Below are positions 13,404 to 28,885 of a stretch of 64,000 nt of DNA, piece by piece. Source of the DNA: the human T2T-CHM13v2.0 reference genome, Homo sapiens. A program made the position numbers and the translations under genes. The stretch lies in assembly GCF_009914755.1 (NCBI RefSeq), contig NC_060931.1; one strand, given 5' to 3'. The notes beneath the pieces were generated by a model. The model worked only from the letters and a program-made list of their open reading frames with translations. It made no database searches and was not told the DNA's origin. The first letter of the stretch is position 1, and each line of letters begins with the position of its first letter.

Positions 13404-15429
13404 ACAGGAAATTTTTAAAAAGAAAGAGTGTGTAACATTTGCCTTTTCAGATTATTCATTATTAAGCAAAAGTGAATGACAATAGTGCATACTCAACTTT
13501 GGCCTTACAGGCACCTTTACAGAAAGGGTCCTTTTAAGAAAAAATATTCCGAGGCATGATCTGTTTTCCTAGCAGTCTCTCTTAGTCCTTTGATATGCAA
13601 GTTATTTTCATCAGAAACATCTATCATGTCATCATTGTTGTCAGTTTTCTTTTCTTTATTGTCAACTGAATTGACTGCCAGATTTTCACTGCTCACTGGC
13701 CTTGCGTGTGACAGGCACAGTTCTCCAGTAACACTTTAACTGCATTAAACTTGGCATAATTTGCAGGATTTATAGTTTTCCTCTGCAGCCAATTCGTGTT
13801 GTATTTGCAGTAATTTCCTACAGTCAGTGAGGGATTAACCAATAAAATGTTGGTAGCAGGCAGAGATTCTTCTAGTGTTAAATGCAGGAGGATATTTGAG
13901 TACAGACTAATTTTAGAAGTGGTCAGTTTTTGAGTGTGTATCTTTGTGTTATGCTTCTGCTTTTCTATGATTATAGCAACTGGGATAATTAAAACTTCCT
14001 TAAGCAGGAGGATCCACCCTCTTCCCCTCAATTATATATGTAAAAACTTAGAATGTGTTAACCTTAACTCTAACCACATGTGCTAATGTGACGTTTCAAA
14101 GCAATGAGGAGAGGACAAGAATTAGTTTAAAAATAGTGTTGGAAACTGGCCAACCATTTGGAGAGAAGAAATAGATTCCCTACCTCATCCCATATCACAC
14201 AATACATTTCAGACAAATAAGGTATTTAAATTCAAAAAAAGAAATTTCATAAATCACAGAAGGACATAAAGGTGGATACATTGATATGGAAGCAGGATAG
14301 GCCTTTCTATGTAAGTTAGCAGAGGCAATAAACAGAAGACTGAGCTTTTGTTATAGACTTCTCAAAATTGGGTCCAGAAGAATATAAACCAAGGTGTGTA
14401 TTAATGATAACTATCCCTGCGTGTTAGAATTACAGGTGGTGTCTGAGTCTCCTCTTGCTCTTTCTCTTCCATATATTTTGTACATTTTCTGAAAATGACA
14501 TATATAACTTTTGTAAAAAGGCCCCGTGATAGAAAGAACCAACAGGAAAACAACTATATAATTGTATCAGAAATGGTGGTAAGGAAACAACAAGGGCTAA
14601 TTCATAAGTCAGGAAAATTAATTTTTTTCAAAAGGAAGTTATTAAAAGGGCAATGACCATGTGTTTATGGAGCGTGTTTGTATTTCAGTTCTCATGAACT
14701 AACCCAAGTCCTTTGCAGGACTGCAGAAATGTGCGCAGCTGTTTTTTGGATTCTCTCCCCTCCCATCTCTGTATCTCCTCTTGAGCATAGGCCAAGTCAT
14801 TCAAGTTATTGATCTCTGACTAATGTTTCACCTTGTCAAAGTGACTCCATAATTTCGCACTTTGCTTATAATCCATTTTACTACTTTGCAGCATTTTACA
14901 ATGAGACAGGTTTCCTCATAGAACATTCTCATTCTTTGGCTTCTCATTCTCTCATTCTCTGTGGCTTCTTTTTCCCTTTTCTGTCTCCTGACTATTGGTT
15001 TTCCATCTTCATGCTCCCCTGGACAGTCTCATCAAGCTACCACTGTAATTCGTATGCCTTCTGGTTGGCCTCTCTTCCAAGCTCCACATGACTCCACCAA
15101 TACTCCTTCAGGCAATTCCACATGCCTGAAGGAAACTCACCTCCTTCTGTATGTCTGATCTCAGTGGATGATGTTACTCAATGCCCAGGCCAGAGGCCTC
15201 AAGAAACAACCTTGACTCTCTGTTTCTCTTACTCTCCATATTCAGCCAGTCACCAAGACCTGATGATGCTACCTCCCAAATATACCTCTTTTCATGGCCC
15301 ACACTGCTATTTCCAACCCAAATGCCCATCAATCAATGATAACACTCTTATCGCTTATTTAGACAGTTAAAATGACCTATCATTCATCTCTGTGTTAATA
15401 TTCTGTCTTCATTTTCAGTGCTACCATAA

Positions 15430-15885
15430 AAAATATGACTATTTGTAGCAGTATTATAGCCAAAAAGTGGAAATAATCCAAATATCCATCAACTGATAAA
15501 TGGATAACAAATGTGGTATATCCATACAATGGAATATTCTTTAATATTAAAAATAACTGAAGTTCTAGTACATACTACAACATGGGTAAACATTAAAAAC
15601 ATTACGGTAAGTGAAAGAAGCCAGTCAGAAAGACCTCATATTATTATAAAGCCATTCGTATAAAATGTCCAGAATAGGCAAATTCAAGGCGACAGAAAGT
15701 ATGTTAGTGGTTGCCTAGGACTAGGAGTAGGGGAATGAGAAGTGATAGCTAATGAGTACAGAGTTTCCTTTTGGGTAAGAAAAATGTTCTGAAATTAGAT
15801 TGTGGTGATATGACTATACTAAAAACCATTGTGTATTTTAAAAGGGTAAGTTATATATGAATTATATCTCAATAAACTTGTTTAA
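15430..15885 (+). mobile_element. Old L1M (L1MB-like) 3' end fragment
   Basis: TAGCCAAAAAGTGGAAA...AATATCCATCAACTGATAAATGG, AAGTGAAAGAAGCCAGTCA, ending TATCTCAATAAA. Confidence 0.75.
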
Positions 15886-16017
15886 AAACAACATTTTTTA
15901 GTGTAAAGATAAAACATGTTCTTTGTATATATTTAGAAAATTCAGGTGAACTAAAAGAAGAAAATTTATTTATATTTCTGTAAGTTATTGGGGTACAGGT
16001 GGTATTTGGTAACATGA

Positions 16018-16318
<301 letters not shown>

Positions 16319-16627
16319 CATGAGTAAGTTATTTAGTGGTGATTTGTGAGATTTTGGTGCACCCATCACCCATGTATACACTGCACCATATTTGTAGTCT
16401 TTTATCCCTTGCCTTCCTCCCACTCTTTCCCCCAAGTCCCCAGAGTCCATTGTATCATTCTTATGCATTTGTGTCCTCATAGCTTAGCTCCCACATATCA
16501 GTGAAAACATATGATGTTTGGTTTTCCATTCCTGAGTTACATCACTTAGAATAATAGTCTCTAATCTCATCCAGGTCACTGCAAATGCTGTTAATTCATT
16601 CCTTTTTATGCCTGTGTAGTATTCCAT

Positions 16628-16658
<31 letters not shown>

Positions 16659-16714
16659 ATATATGTGTGTGTATATATATACACGTATGTATATGTGAGT
16701 ATATATATATATAT

Positions 16715-16752
<38 letters not shown>
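16628..16752. repeat. Compound (TA)/(TG)/(CA) microsatellite
   Basis: Near-continuous purine-pyrimidine alternation over ~125 bp. Confidence 0.95.
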
Positions 16753-16757
<5 letters not shown>

Positions 16758-19682
16758 CTTTATCCAGTTGTTGATTCATGGGCATTTGGGTTGGTTCCAT
16801 GGTTTTGCAATTGTAAATTGTGCTGCTATAAACATGCATGTGCAAGTATCTTTTTCAAATAATGACTTCTTTTCCTCTGGGTAGATCCCCAGTAGTGGGA
16901 TTGCTGGATCAAATGGTAGTTCTACTTTTAGTTTTTTAAGGAATCTCCACACTGTTTCCATAGTGGTTGTACTAGTTTACATTCCCACCAGCAGTGTAGA
17001 AGTGTTCCCTGTTTACTGCATCCACGCCAACATCTACTGTTTTTTGATTTTTTGATTATGGCCATTCTTGCAGGAGTAAGGTGGTATCCCATTGTGGTTT
17101 TGATTTGCATTTCCCTGATCATTAGTGATGTTGACCATTTTTTCATAGGTTTGTTGGCCATTTGTATATCTTTTTTTTGAGAATTGTCTATTCATGTCCT
17201 TAGCCCACTTTTTGATGGGATTGTTTTTTTTTTTCTTAATGATTTGAGTTTGTCGTAGATTCTGGATATTACTCCCTTGTCAGATGTATAGATTGTGAAG
17301 ATTTTCTCCCACTCTGTGGGTTGTCTGTTTACTCTACTGACTGTTCCTTTTGCCATGCAAAAGCTCTTCAGTTTAATTAGATCCCAGCTAATTTATATTT
17401 GTTTTTATTGCATTTGCTTTTGGGTTTTTCATCATGAAATCCTTGCCTAAGCCAATGTCTAGATGTTTCTGCTGAGAAATCTGCTATTAATTTGATAGGT
17501 TTTCCTTTATAGGTTACCTGGTGTTTCTGTCTCATTGCTCTTAAGATTCTTTCCTTTGTCTTAACTTTGTATAACCTGATGACAATGTGCCTAGGTGAAG
17601 ATCTTTTTGCGATGAATTTCCCAGGTGTTCTTTGAACTTCTTGTATTTGGTCTAGGTCTCTTGCAAGGACAGGGAAGTTTTCCTTGATTATTCCCCCAAA
17701 TATGTTTTCCAGGCTTTTAGAATTCTCTTCTTCCTCAGGTATACCGATTATTCTTAGGTTTGTTCATTTTACATAATCCCAGACTTCTTGGAGGCTTTGT
17801 TCATATTTTCTTATTCTTTTTGCTTTGTCTTTGTTGGATTGGGTTAATTCAAAGACCTTGTCTTCGAGCTCTGATTTTTTTTCTTCTATTTATTCAGTTC
17901 TGTTTCTGAGACTTTCCAGAGCATTTTGCATTTCTGAAAGTGTGTCCAAAGATTCTTGAATTTTTGATTGTTTTTTCTTTAAGCTATCTATTTCCATGAA
18001 TATTTCTCCTTTCACTTCTGGTATCATTTTTTGGATTTCCTTGCCTTGGGCTTTGTCTTTCTCTGGTCCCTCCCTGATTAGCTTAATAACTAACCTCCTG
18101 AATTCTTTTTCAGGTAAATCAGGGATTTCTTCTTGGTTTGCTGGTGAGCTAGCGTGATTTTTTTGGTGGTGTTGAAGAGCCTTGTTTCATCATATTACCA
18201 GTGTTGGTTTTCTGGTTCCTTCTCATTTGGGTAGTCTCTGTCAGAGGGAAGGTCTATGGCTGAAAGCTGTTGTTCAGATTCTTTTGTCCCATGGGGTGTT
18301 CCCTTGATGTAGTACTCTCTCCCTTTTCCTATGGATGTGGCTTTCTGTGTGCCGAACTATAGTGATTGTTGTTTCTCTTCTGGGTCTTAGCCACCCAGCT
18401 AGTCTACCTGGCTCTGGGCTGGTACTGCGGGTTGTCTGCACAAAGTCCTGTAATGTGAACCGTCTGTGGGTCTCTCAGCAGTGGATACCAGTGCCTGTTC
18501 TGGTGGAGGTGGTGGAGAGTTCAATGGACTCCATGAAGGTCCTTAGCTTTGGTGGTTTAATGCTCTATTTTTGTGCTGGTTGGCCTCCTGCCAGGAGGTG
18601 GTACTTTCCAGAAAGCATCAGCTGTAGTAGTGTGGAGAGGGACCGGCAGTGGGTGGGGCCCTAGAACTCCCAAGATTATATGCCCTTTGTTTTCCACTAC
18701 CAGGGTGGATAGGGAGAGACCACACAGGTTGGGGTGGGACTAGGTGTGTATGAGTTCAGGCTGTCCTTGAGGGGGTCTTGCTGCAGCTGCTGTCTGGGAT
18801 GGGGGCAAGATTCCCAGGTCACTAGAGTTGTGTACCTAGGAGGATTATGGCTGCCCCTGCTGAGTCATGCAGGTTGTCAGGGAAGTGGGGGAAAGCCAGG
18901 AGTCACAGGCCTTACCCAGCTCCCATGCAAACTGAAGGGCTGGTCTCACACCCACCATGCCCCTGCCAACAGCCCCGACTCTGTTTCTAGGCAGAGGGCG
19001 AGATGAGCTTGAAAATTTGCCTGAGACTATCCACTTCCCAGCTGTGAGAGAAAAGGGCTTTAGTTCTTCCTCTGCCTGTAGAGTCTGCATGCCCGATTTG
19101 TGCCCTCGCCCAAGTTCTGACCAGGAGGCTTCTTGTCCCTAGCCTTTCTTGTTCAAATTGTTACAAAGTTCAGCTAGAGAATTCCTTCTCCCTGTGGAGT
19201 TTTACCCCCTGTTCCTCTGGCCACCCTCGCAATGGATCCCTGTGGTGCCAGGCAGAAATGGGCTACTTGGGGACCCAGTGAGCTCCTAGGGCCTTTCTGC
19301 TTTTTCCTCTATCCCTGTATTTTGCTTGGCTCTCTAACTTGACTCAGCTTTAAGTAAAGTCGGAAACTTCTCCCACAAACCTTCAGTTTCTGCAGTGGGG
19401 GTGTGTGTTCGGGACAGGAGGGTCTCCCTTTCCCACTTCTGCAGTTGGGGCACTCACAGTATTTGAGGGGGTCTCCCAAGTCTTGCTTCCTTGAGGGAGT
19501 CTGTGGGTCCTCGGGATTGCTGGTTTGTTCTTGCAGGCGATCTGCAGCTAAAATTCACAATGCAAGCCTCCCCGTACTGCTCTGTCCGGAGCTGCAATCT
19601 AGTCCTGCCTCCCGTCTGTCATGATCCCCTGAATCGAAAATTTAAAATCATTAATAATCTAACCATTCTGAAATAGATATAA

Positions 19683-20148
<466 letters not shown>

Positions 20149-22270
20149 TATAATCCATTTTTTAAACTTTCATTAAGTTATTTCATTATTAAATAGCATA
20201 CATTTTTTAAAAAGCTACATACTTAACCAGTTCCCTTTTGTCAAACATATAAACTGCTTCTGATATTGGTATGTACACAATTACTTAATGAATATTCTTG
20301 TAGCTAAATCTGTGTACATCCTGATGAATTTATACTTTTCCATGAATATGAATTGGAGCTGGTTATATTACTTCTCTGCTTTAGAAGATTTTATAGTTGC
20401 CTCCTATCTACCATATTAAATTGAAATTTCTAAGCCTGAAATACTATGTTCTTTACATAGAAATACTATGTTATTTTACTAGAACATTATTTTTCTAGCC
20501 ATATCTTCTACATTTTCTTCCTTAGGACCTTTTACTGATATTGAAATACTCATTATTCTCCACACACACCATGCATTTCAAGTTTCTATGCTTTTAAAGA
20601 GTTCCCTTGGCCTGGAGAGGCAGTCTTGACCTGATGGTAAAATTACCACTAATTTCTGAAGACCCAGCTGAAATGATGTTCCACAACGCATTCCCTGGTC
20701 CTCCTCCTGGAACTGCTAGTAAATTTTCCATCTGTGCTCCCTGGTCCCCTGAGCATATGGCTGTTATAGTACTTGTGTTATAGAGTACAATCATTTAATA
20801 CATTGATTCCATGCCTCACCCTCAGGTAGAAGATGTTGGATTGTATTCTATTCTTCTTTATGACCTCAATACCCAATTTGTGCCGCACATGCAGACACAC
20901 ACACACACATATAGTTCATGCCCACCATGTATTTTTTTAAAGTTTTTTATTTTGAAATAATTATAGACTCGTGGGAAGATGCAAAAATAATACATACAAT
21001 CTCATATACTCTTCACTCAGCTTCCCCTAATGGTGACAGCTACAGAGCTATAGTTGGGGGCAAGAAGAGGACTCTGTAGGGAGCAGTGAATTTTAAGAAA
21101 TTCACATAAGAGATGGTATCACTACTATCAAAGATAGCAGAAGGTCAGGAAGGATCTGTCTATAACTAGAAGAAAAAATATAGGAAAGCAAATAAATGGA
21201 AGAAAAAGTAGGCTATTGTCAGGGTTTTAATTTCTTCTCTTTTTGTTTTTCCCTTAAAAGACATTTAAAGACGTTTGAAGTTCAGGTGGTATAGCAAGAT
21301 GAGAGTGCCAAAATCCAATGTTTGTATTAAATGGAAAACTTTTGGGAGGCAGAAAGAATAATCTAGAATATACATAGACTGAATAAAGTTAGCATTTGAG
21401 AAGAGAAAAAGTGAGCACCCAGATATATGCTGGGTATACATGAAAAATTTTTTTTAAAAAGGAAAGCTTAGTGAAGTCTAGCCACATAGGCTTTAGAGAG
21501 AAGTAAAGTCTTATAATGGTTTTTGACAGAGCGAGAGGGGTAAATGGTCAGGTTATAATTAAATCACATTAAAGTTGATTTGCAATAGCCATTGTGGAAA
21601 GGACAAGGCCAGCCATTTAGCAATCGTGCAGCTGTTTATTTTTCTGGAGCCATAGCTTTTCACTTTCATAGTTCTTTTACCTCCTTGTTTTGAAACATTA
21701 TTGTTTCAAAATCGTTTTGAAAGTCAAGCTATAGTTTATAAATAAAGAGGTGTTCAGTTATTGATAGTATGCTCATTCTTATCCAGTGTAACAGGGAGTC
21801 CATAATGAGATGAATGGAAGATTAGTGGAAAAATATTTGAATCTAGGATTAGAGTTGGATTTGACAGAAGAAGCAATTAGGAGCAACTGTAGGGAAAGGT
21901 CTACCATCAAAGACCTCATAGAATAACATTCTCCCTGTGTGTACTTAGCAAATACTTGTTGATAGACATGCTGGCTGGTAACTAATTACAATGTGATGAC
22001 CAAAGACCAGCTTCTTGGAAGTAGGGTTGTTAATACAGGAATAGAATACCAGGGGAGTTTGAGTAATTTCCTTCTTAGCAGATGTTTATACTAATGTGGA
22101 TACTCAACAGTCTAAAGATAATTTGGGGAAAAAATCTGTCTAAAAGTAGGGGGATAAATTAAATAGCTTTTGAAAGACATCACTATTCTTATTTCTTTAA
22201 TTGTCATGTAGATAACTCTGTAAAATGCCCATTTTTATCTTCACCCATCTATAAATGTGAACTGCCTTTT

Positions 22271-23692
<1,422 letters not shown>

Positions 23693-26600
23693 CACAATGG
23701 AAATCTGAACTCTGTATAATTTTCAGTATTCTTAAAAATTGCATCGATTTGCCAAAAGATAGAGTATCTCAAGAACACTGGAGTATCCCTCAGGAAGATA
23801 TTTAGCTCTGAGGTTTTGTATCACATCAAAAATAACTTTTCTCACATATTCTACTGGCATTTGGTACTGTTTTGTCTTCAAATATGAGGATGAAAAAGTT
23901 GATATTTATTCCAGCAGATTCTGGCTCTAAAAATAAAATCATGAAGGGATTTCTACTGATTCATATAACAATTTTTTTTCAACTGTTACTCCCAACTTCT
24001 GCTACCTCAGTGTATCTATCTTTTATAGTACGGTTTTCTGAGTCACCTAAAACTTACAATAAACATACTTCCTGTTTCTTTTCCTTCAAGTTCTACTCCC
24101 AGTATCTGCTCGCTCTCTGAGAAATTCAGTTTCCAACAATAAGATGAATGTTTCTGTTTTCAGTGTAAATTTGTGAATATTATTAAAGTTTTATTTTTTT
24201 TGTATTTTCCTTTAGATTTTAGGGTGCCTAGATAAAGTATTTTAATTACTTACAAGCAACTCATCCAATCAATTACTCATGTGAGACAGTCATTAAGACT
24301 TATTTTATATTGCATTATTTTTATTTAAATTTTTCAAATATATGCATAATGTGAGTATCCACAAGTAAATGGGGCAGACACAACAATTTGGCCTATTCCT
24401 CTGGCTTAGGCCTTTTAATTCTGGCCAATATAACTGGCCTAAAATAGGAGCAACACTCTGCTTCTGACACTACTCAGCCACAACACGCAAAGATGACGTT
24501 CTTTAGAACTGTCATGCTGAATGAAGCCAGATCTATGCTGCCAACCTTTAAAAAAAAAAATCTTTTCATACTGAACTTTTTCTAAAAACAATTTTAGTGT
24601 GTTTATTCCAATAAATTGTTGGAATAGTCAAGTCCTGATTTATGTGTCATGTGGATATTTTTAAACAATTAAAAATTAAAATGAAAAACAATTATCTTGT
24701 TCCTGGTGGTTCTCAGAACATATGAATATCCAATTCTAAAAAGTAAACACCTTTAGTTGTATTTCTGTGTACAGGATGTCTCAACTCTGTATATTATTTA
24801 AAATTTAGCCTTTTCTTTTAGAAATGCTTAATTTTTTATTTAAAAATAATTATTTTAGTTAGCTAGGGTTTTTGTATTCCTTTCAAGTCTGCTTTCTGAG
24901 CCATACTCCAGTGTCATGTGGAAAATGTTACCAAAAAAATAAAATGATGTCACTTTAACTTTCAGAAGTTATGATTTATGCTAATACCAATAGGATGGTT
25001 TTTATTTAGTACAGGTGTTTGCTTGTTGGTTGCTCTAAGATATTTTTAGCATTTGTTAAAAATAGGCTTGGGAGTGACTGCAATTGTAAAATAAGAAGCA
25101 AATACATTGTCCTCATAAGGATCATAGCAAGGGGGTGCCAGGCCCCAGTTGACTGCCGCTATAGTTATGAGCAAATGTGGTGATAGATATTAAGGGCTCA
25201 GGTGTAGGAGTCTGGCTGGGTTTCAAAGAAAAATAAAATTAGTTGCAGCAGTAAACGGAGCACCTAATCAGTATATGTGACTATGTACTGTGTAAATAAA
25301 TTACCTGATATTTTTACCTGCTTTTGAAAGAGATGAATCTTCCCTTTCAAAATAAGATAAGACACCAGATTGTGATCTTTTTTAAAACTTAACCTATTAA
25401 CTCATGGAAAATCACTTAGCTGTGGAAATTGTACACTTTGTACATTATTTCCATTGAAAAACACAACATATACCAGCCAAGACTGAGACCCCAAGGTGAA
25501 ATTTTTTGAGTGCTTACTATGTTTCAGGCATGGTTCCAGGTACTGGGGGCACAGTGGTAAATCAGACTAATCCAAGCCCTGCCCTCAGGGAATTTATTAT
25601 GTTCTGGCAGGGGACAGTCAATATACAGGGAAACAAATTTCAGACAGCGAAAAGTGCAGTGCAGAAAAGTACATCAAGACAAGGAGAAAGAATGCCAGCT
25701 GTTGACCATTTGTGCCACATCTTTCTTATGACTTTTTTTCAGTCATTTGGTGAAATGAGAGGATGGCATATTGTATTATTTGAGACATATTCCTTTTGTG
25801 ATGGTTAAAATAATTATGTTTGGCTATATAATATAATATTATAGTTTAGTTTATTACTGTTAATAGTAATATTATTGGAGTACCACAGTTTTTGAAGTTT
25901 TCTGATCAAAGAATATGTTTCAATTTTAGAAAAGAAGCCAAAGCAATTCTTGAGAAGTGTTCCTAAAAAATAAATTAGATAACATATCTGTAGTGATCAT
26001 TGAAATGTTTTGTGACATAAAAGAATTTTCATATTATTGTTTTATCTTTATTTTGAGTTTTTTATTTTTATATTATATCATGAGCCACTGTTAGATGTCC
26101 ACTGTCTGTTGACATCAGCTTACTACACTATAATATCTGATAGCAGAGACTTTATCATTCATTTCCACATCTCTAGAATCTAATACAATTGGAACACAGA
26201 AGATGCTCAACAGATCTTCGAGTAGATTTGAATTGAATCACTTACGTGAACATTATTCCTTCCCTTTCTCAGTTTCTTATCAGTCAGCTCTCTACTCCTC
26301 CCCACCTCACCTTCCAACACATCCACTCCACTTCCATTGGCCCCTCCACCAGCCCTTGGTGCTCTTCCCTTGAAACCCCATGGGTTTCTCTCTTGGATTC
26401 CTTGTCAGTTTTCAGCCCTGAGTCAATCTTTGGCTTTTCTTAGATCAACTCTGCAACTGGAAATTGTTACTAAAATTAATTATAAAACTACCTCCTTTCT
26501 GGCTGTGTAACTTCACCTGGGCCCTTCTGTGCTAATCTGTTTCATTTACTTGTTTCTAATTGATTTCGTATCTCATTCCCAACAGAAGTTAATGCCTGTC

Positions 26601-27679
26601 ATTTTGCTCAAGCTCCAATCTCATCTCAAACTGTGCAGAAGACCTTACTTCTACTGCACTATGAAAATCAAAGCAAACTGCCCTTCCCATCCATTTATTT
26701 CAAAATTTATGTGTAATTTTATTAATCTTTTGTCTTTCTGTTCTTTCTCAGAAGATGACTTGGTTTTAGGATTAAACTTAGACTTGTTACCGTGGCCTGC
26801 AGAACTCTGCTTCTGTCTCTCCATCCACTTCTCCACCAGCAATTTCTTCACAATTCTCCTTGCCCATTCTGCTTTACCCACACAAATCTTCCTTCACTTC
26901 TACTCACCAAGCGTTTTCCTGCCTCTGGTTTTGCATATGCTGTTCACTTTGCCTTGAATACTGTCCTCTATCCATTCCCAAACATTCCCTCTCCTGTACC
27001 CGCCCCACACTGTCTCACTGGCTGACTTATAGCCATTCTCAGATCTCAACTTAAAGATGGCTTTTCTGTAAGATGTCTTCTGTGACCCCTATTATTCTCA
27101 CTCATGGTCTCTTGGACTTTTTCTTTATAGCTGAAGCATAGTTCATAATTGCATCTTCATTGTGGGCTATTTAATATTTCCCCACTGTATTCTAAGTTTC
27201 ATGAAGAGCTGGACAATGTCTGCGTTAGCTACTATGGTATAGCTTAGTGTCTGCCATGTAATGGGTGTCCCAAGGAAAGCTGATGAATGAACTGCATCCT
27301 CTTCTATTTCCTGTTTTCCTCAGGGACCTTGTGGCCTCATATTTGTCTCACTTGACCTGTCTACTATATATTTTCTGCTGTCTCCCTCCCATTTCTAATC
27401 TTTGTTCACTTTTCCTCTGTTCCAGTAATGCCCTCTGACTCTTCATGTTATTATATTAACTATTTTATTTTCATTCCCTTCCAGACCTACAAATTGTACC
27501 AATTGTACTGTGGCCTCTTAAAGATAAATTTGGAATTAAGCTAAATAGCAGCATCTGTAAATAATTCCTCTTTTGGTCAAGAGAACAGTATTAGGAGCAT
27601 CAATATTAACAAATGTAGAGTTCTTAAAATGGGGAAAGAATATTTACTCATGAATAGGACAATTTTTAAAAGTTTAACA

Positions 27680-28885
27680 GATTTTTTTAAATGCTACTGT
27701 GTGCTGGGCTCTATGCTAGGCATTGGGGTATGATGACTAACAAGAGAGACAGGATTCGTACCCACAGGAGCTTACATTCTGGGGGATGAGCCGGATAATA
27801 AACAGCTATACAACTAAACATGAGAATTGCAGGTTATATTAAGTACAGTGAAACAATGAGTTGAGAGAGTTTGTGGTGGAGGCTACTTTCGATAGGGTGA
27901 TTGGGGAAGGCTTCTGTGAGGAGAAGGATGAAGAAATGAGGAAGCAGGGGAATAGCATTCCAAGCTGAAGGAATAGAAGTTAAAGGCCGGGAGGGGAGAA
28001 AGGGCTTGGCACATTCAAAAGACACATGGTCTATCTGGCTTGATCTTGATGAGGACAAATGGCAGGGAGAGTTAGATTGTGTAATGTTCCTTACCTCTCA
28101 TGGTAAGGAATTTAGATGATAGTGATCCTATGAGTAGTAGGAAGCCATCAAATAGTCTTAAGTATTACAGACATTACATAATTTGATTTATGCCTTTAAA
28201 AATTACTGTGGCTGCTATGTGGGGAATGTTTTGGAAAACAGCTGGAATGGAAACCAGGAGCAGCTGAAGAGACTATTGTAGAAATGTAGGCAAGAGATGA
28301 GGTTGACTGGGGTTATGGCAATGGAGATAGAAGTACAAATATCTACAGTGTGTTTTAAAGGCTAGAATACACAGAGCTTGGTGCTGGATTGTGTGTAAGG
28401 GGTGAGATAAAGGGAGGAAGCAAAGATGACTCCTGGAATGTTGCCTTTAGTACCAAGGTGGACAGTAGTGCTATTGGTAAAATGGGGAAGTCTGAGGGAA
28501 GAACAGTGTGTGTGTATGTGAGTTGGGGAGGGCAGAATCGAAGACTCAGTTTTGGCTATATTCCATTTGAGAGGCCTAGTTGGCACCCAGTTGTAGATGC
28601 CAAGTGCTCCGGAGCTCAGGGGAAAAGCCTGGGCTGCAGATGGACTGTCAGGAGACAGCAGTCTATATATGGTATTTGAAACTGAATGGGCTTTCACTTA
28701 TATGGAGAGAGAAAAGAGAGGAGGAGCTTGATCTAAATCTGGAGGCCTTCCAACATCTAGAGGTCAGGTGGAAGGGCAAGAGCCAACATCGGAAATTGAA
28801 GAGAAGCAGCCAAGGAATGAGAAAGAGGAAAACTCTGAGAAAGCAGCCACACAGAAGCCAAGCGAAGGGAGGATTTCCAAGGTCA
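27680..28885 (-). mobile_element. L2 LINE relic
   Basis: CTACTGTGTGCTGGGCTCTATGCTAGG start and purine-rich L2-like body. Approximate limits. Confidence 0.65.

Noticed and set aside
16484-16862. ORFs with CVCV/THTH/YIYI runs (also 39615-39923, 48432-48719, 54804-55229)
   Set aside because: Translation artefacts of microsatellites.
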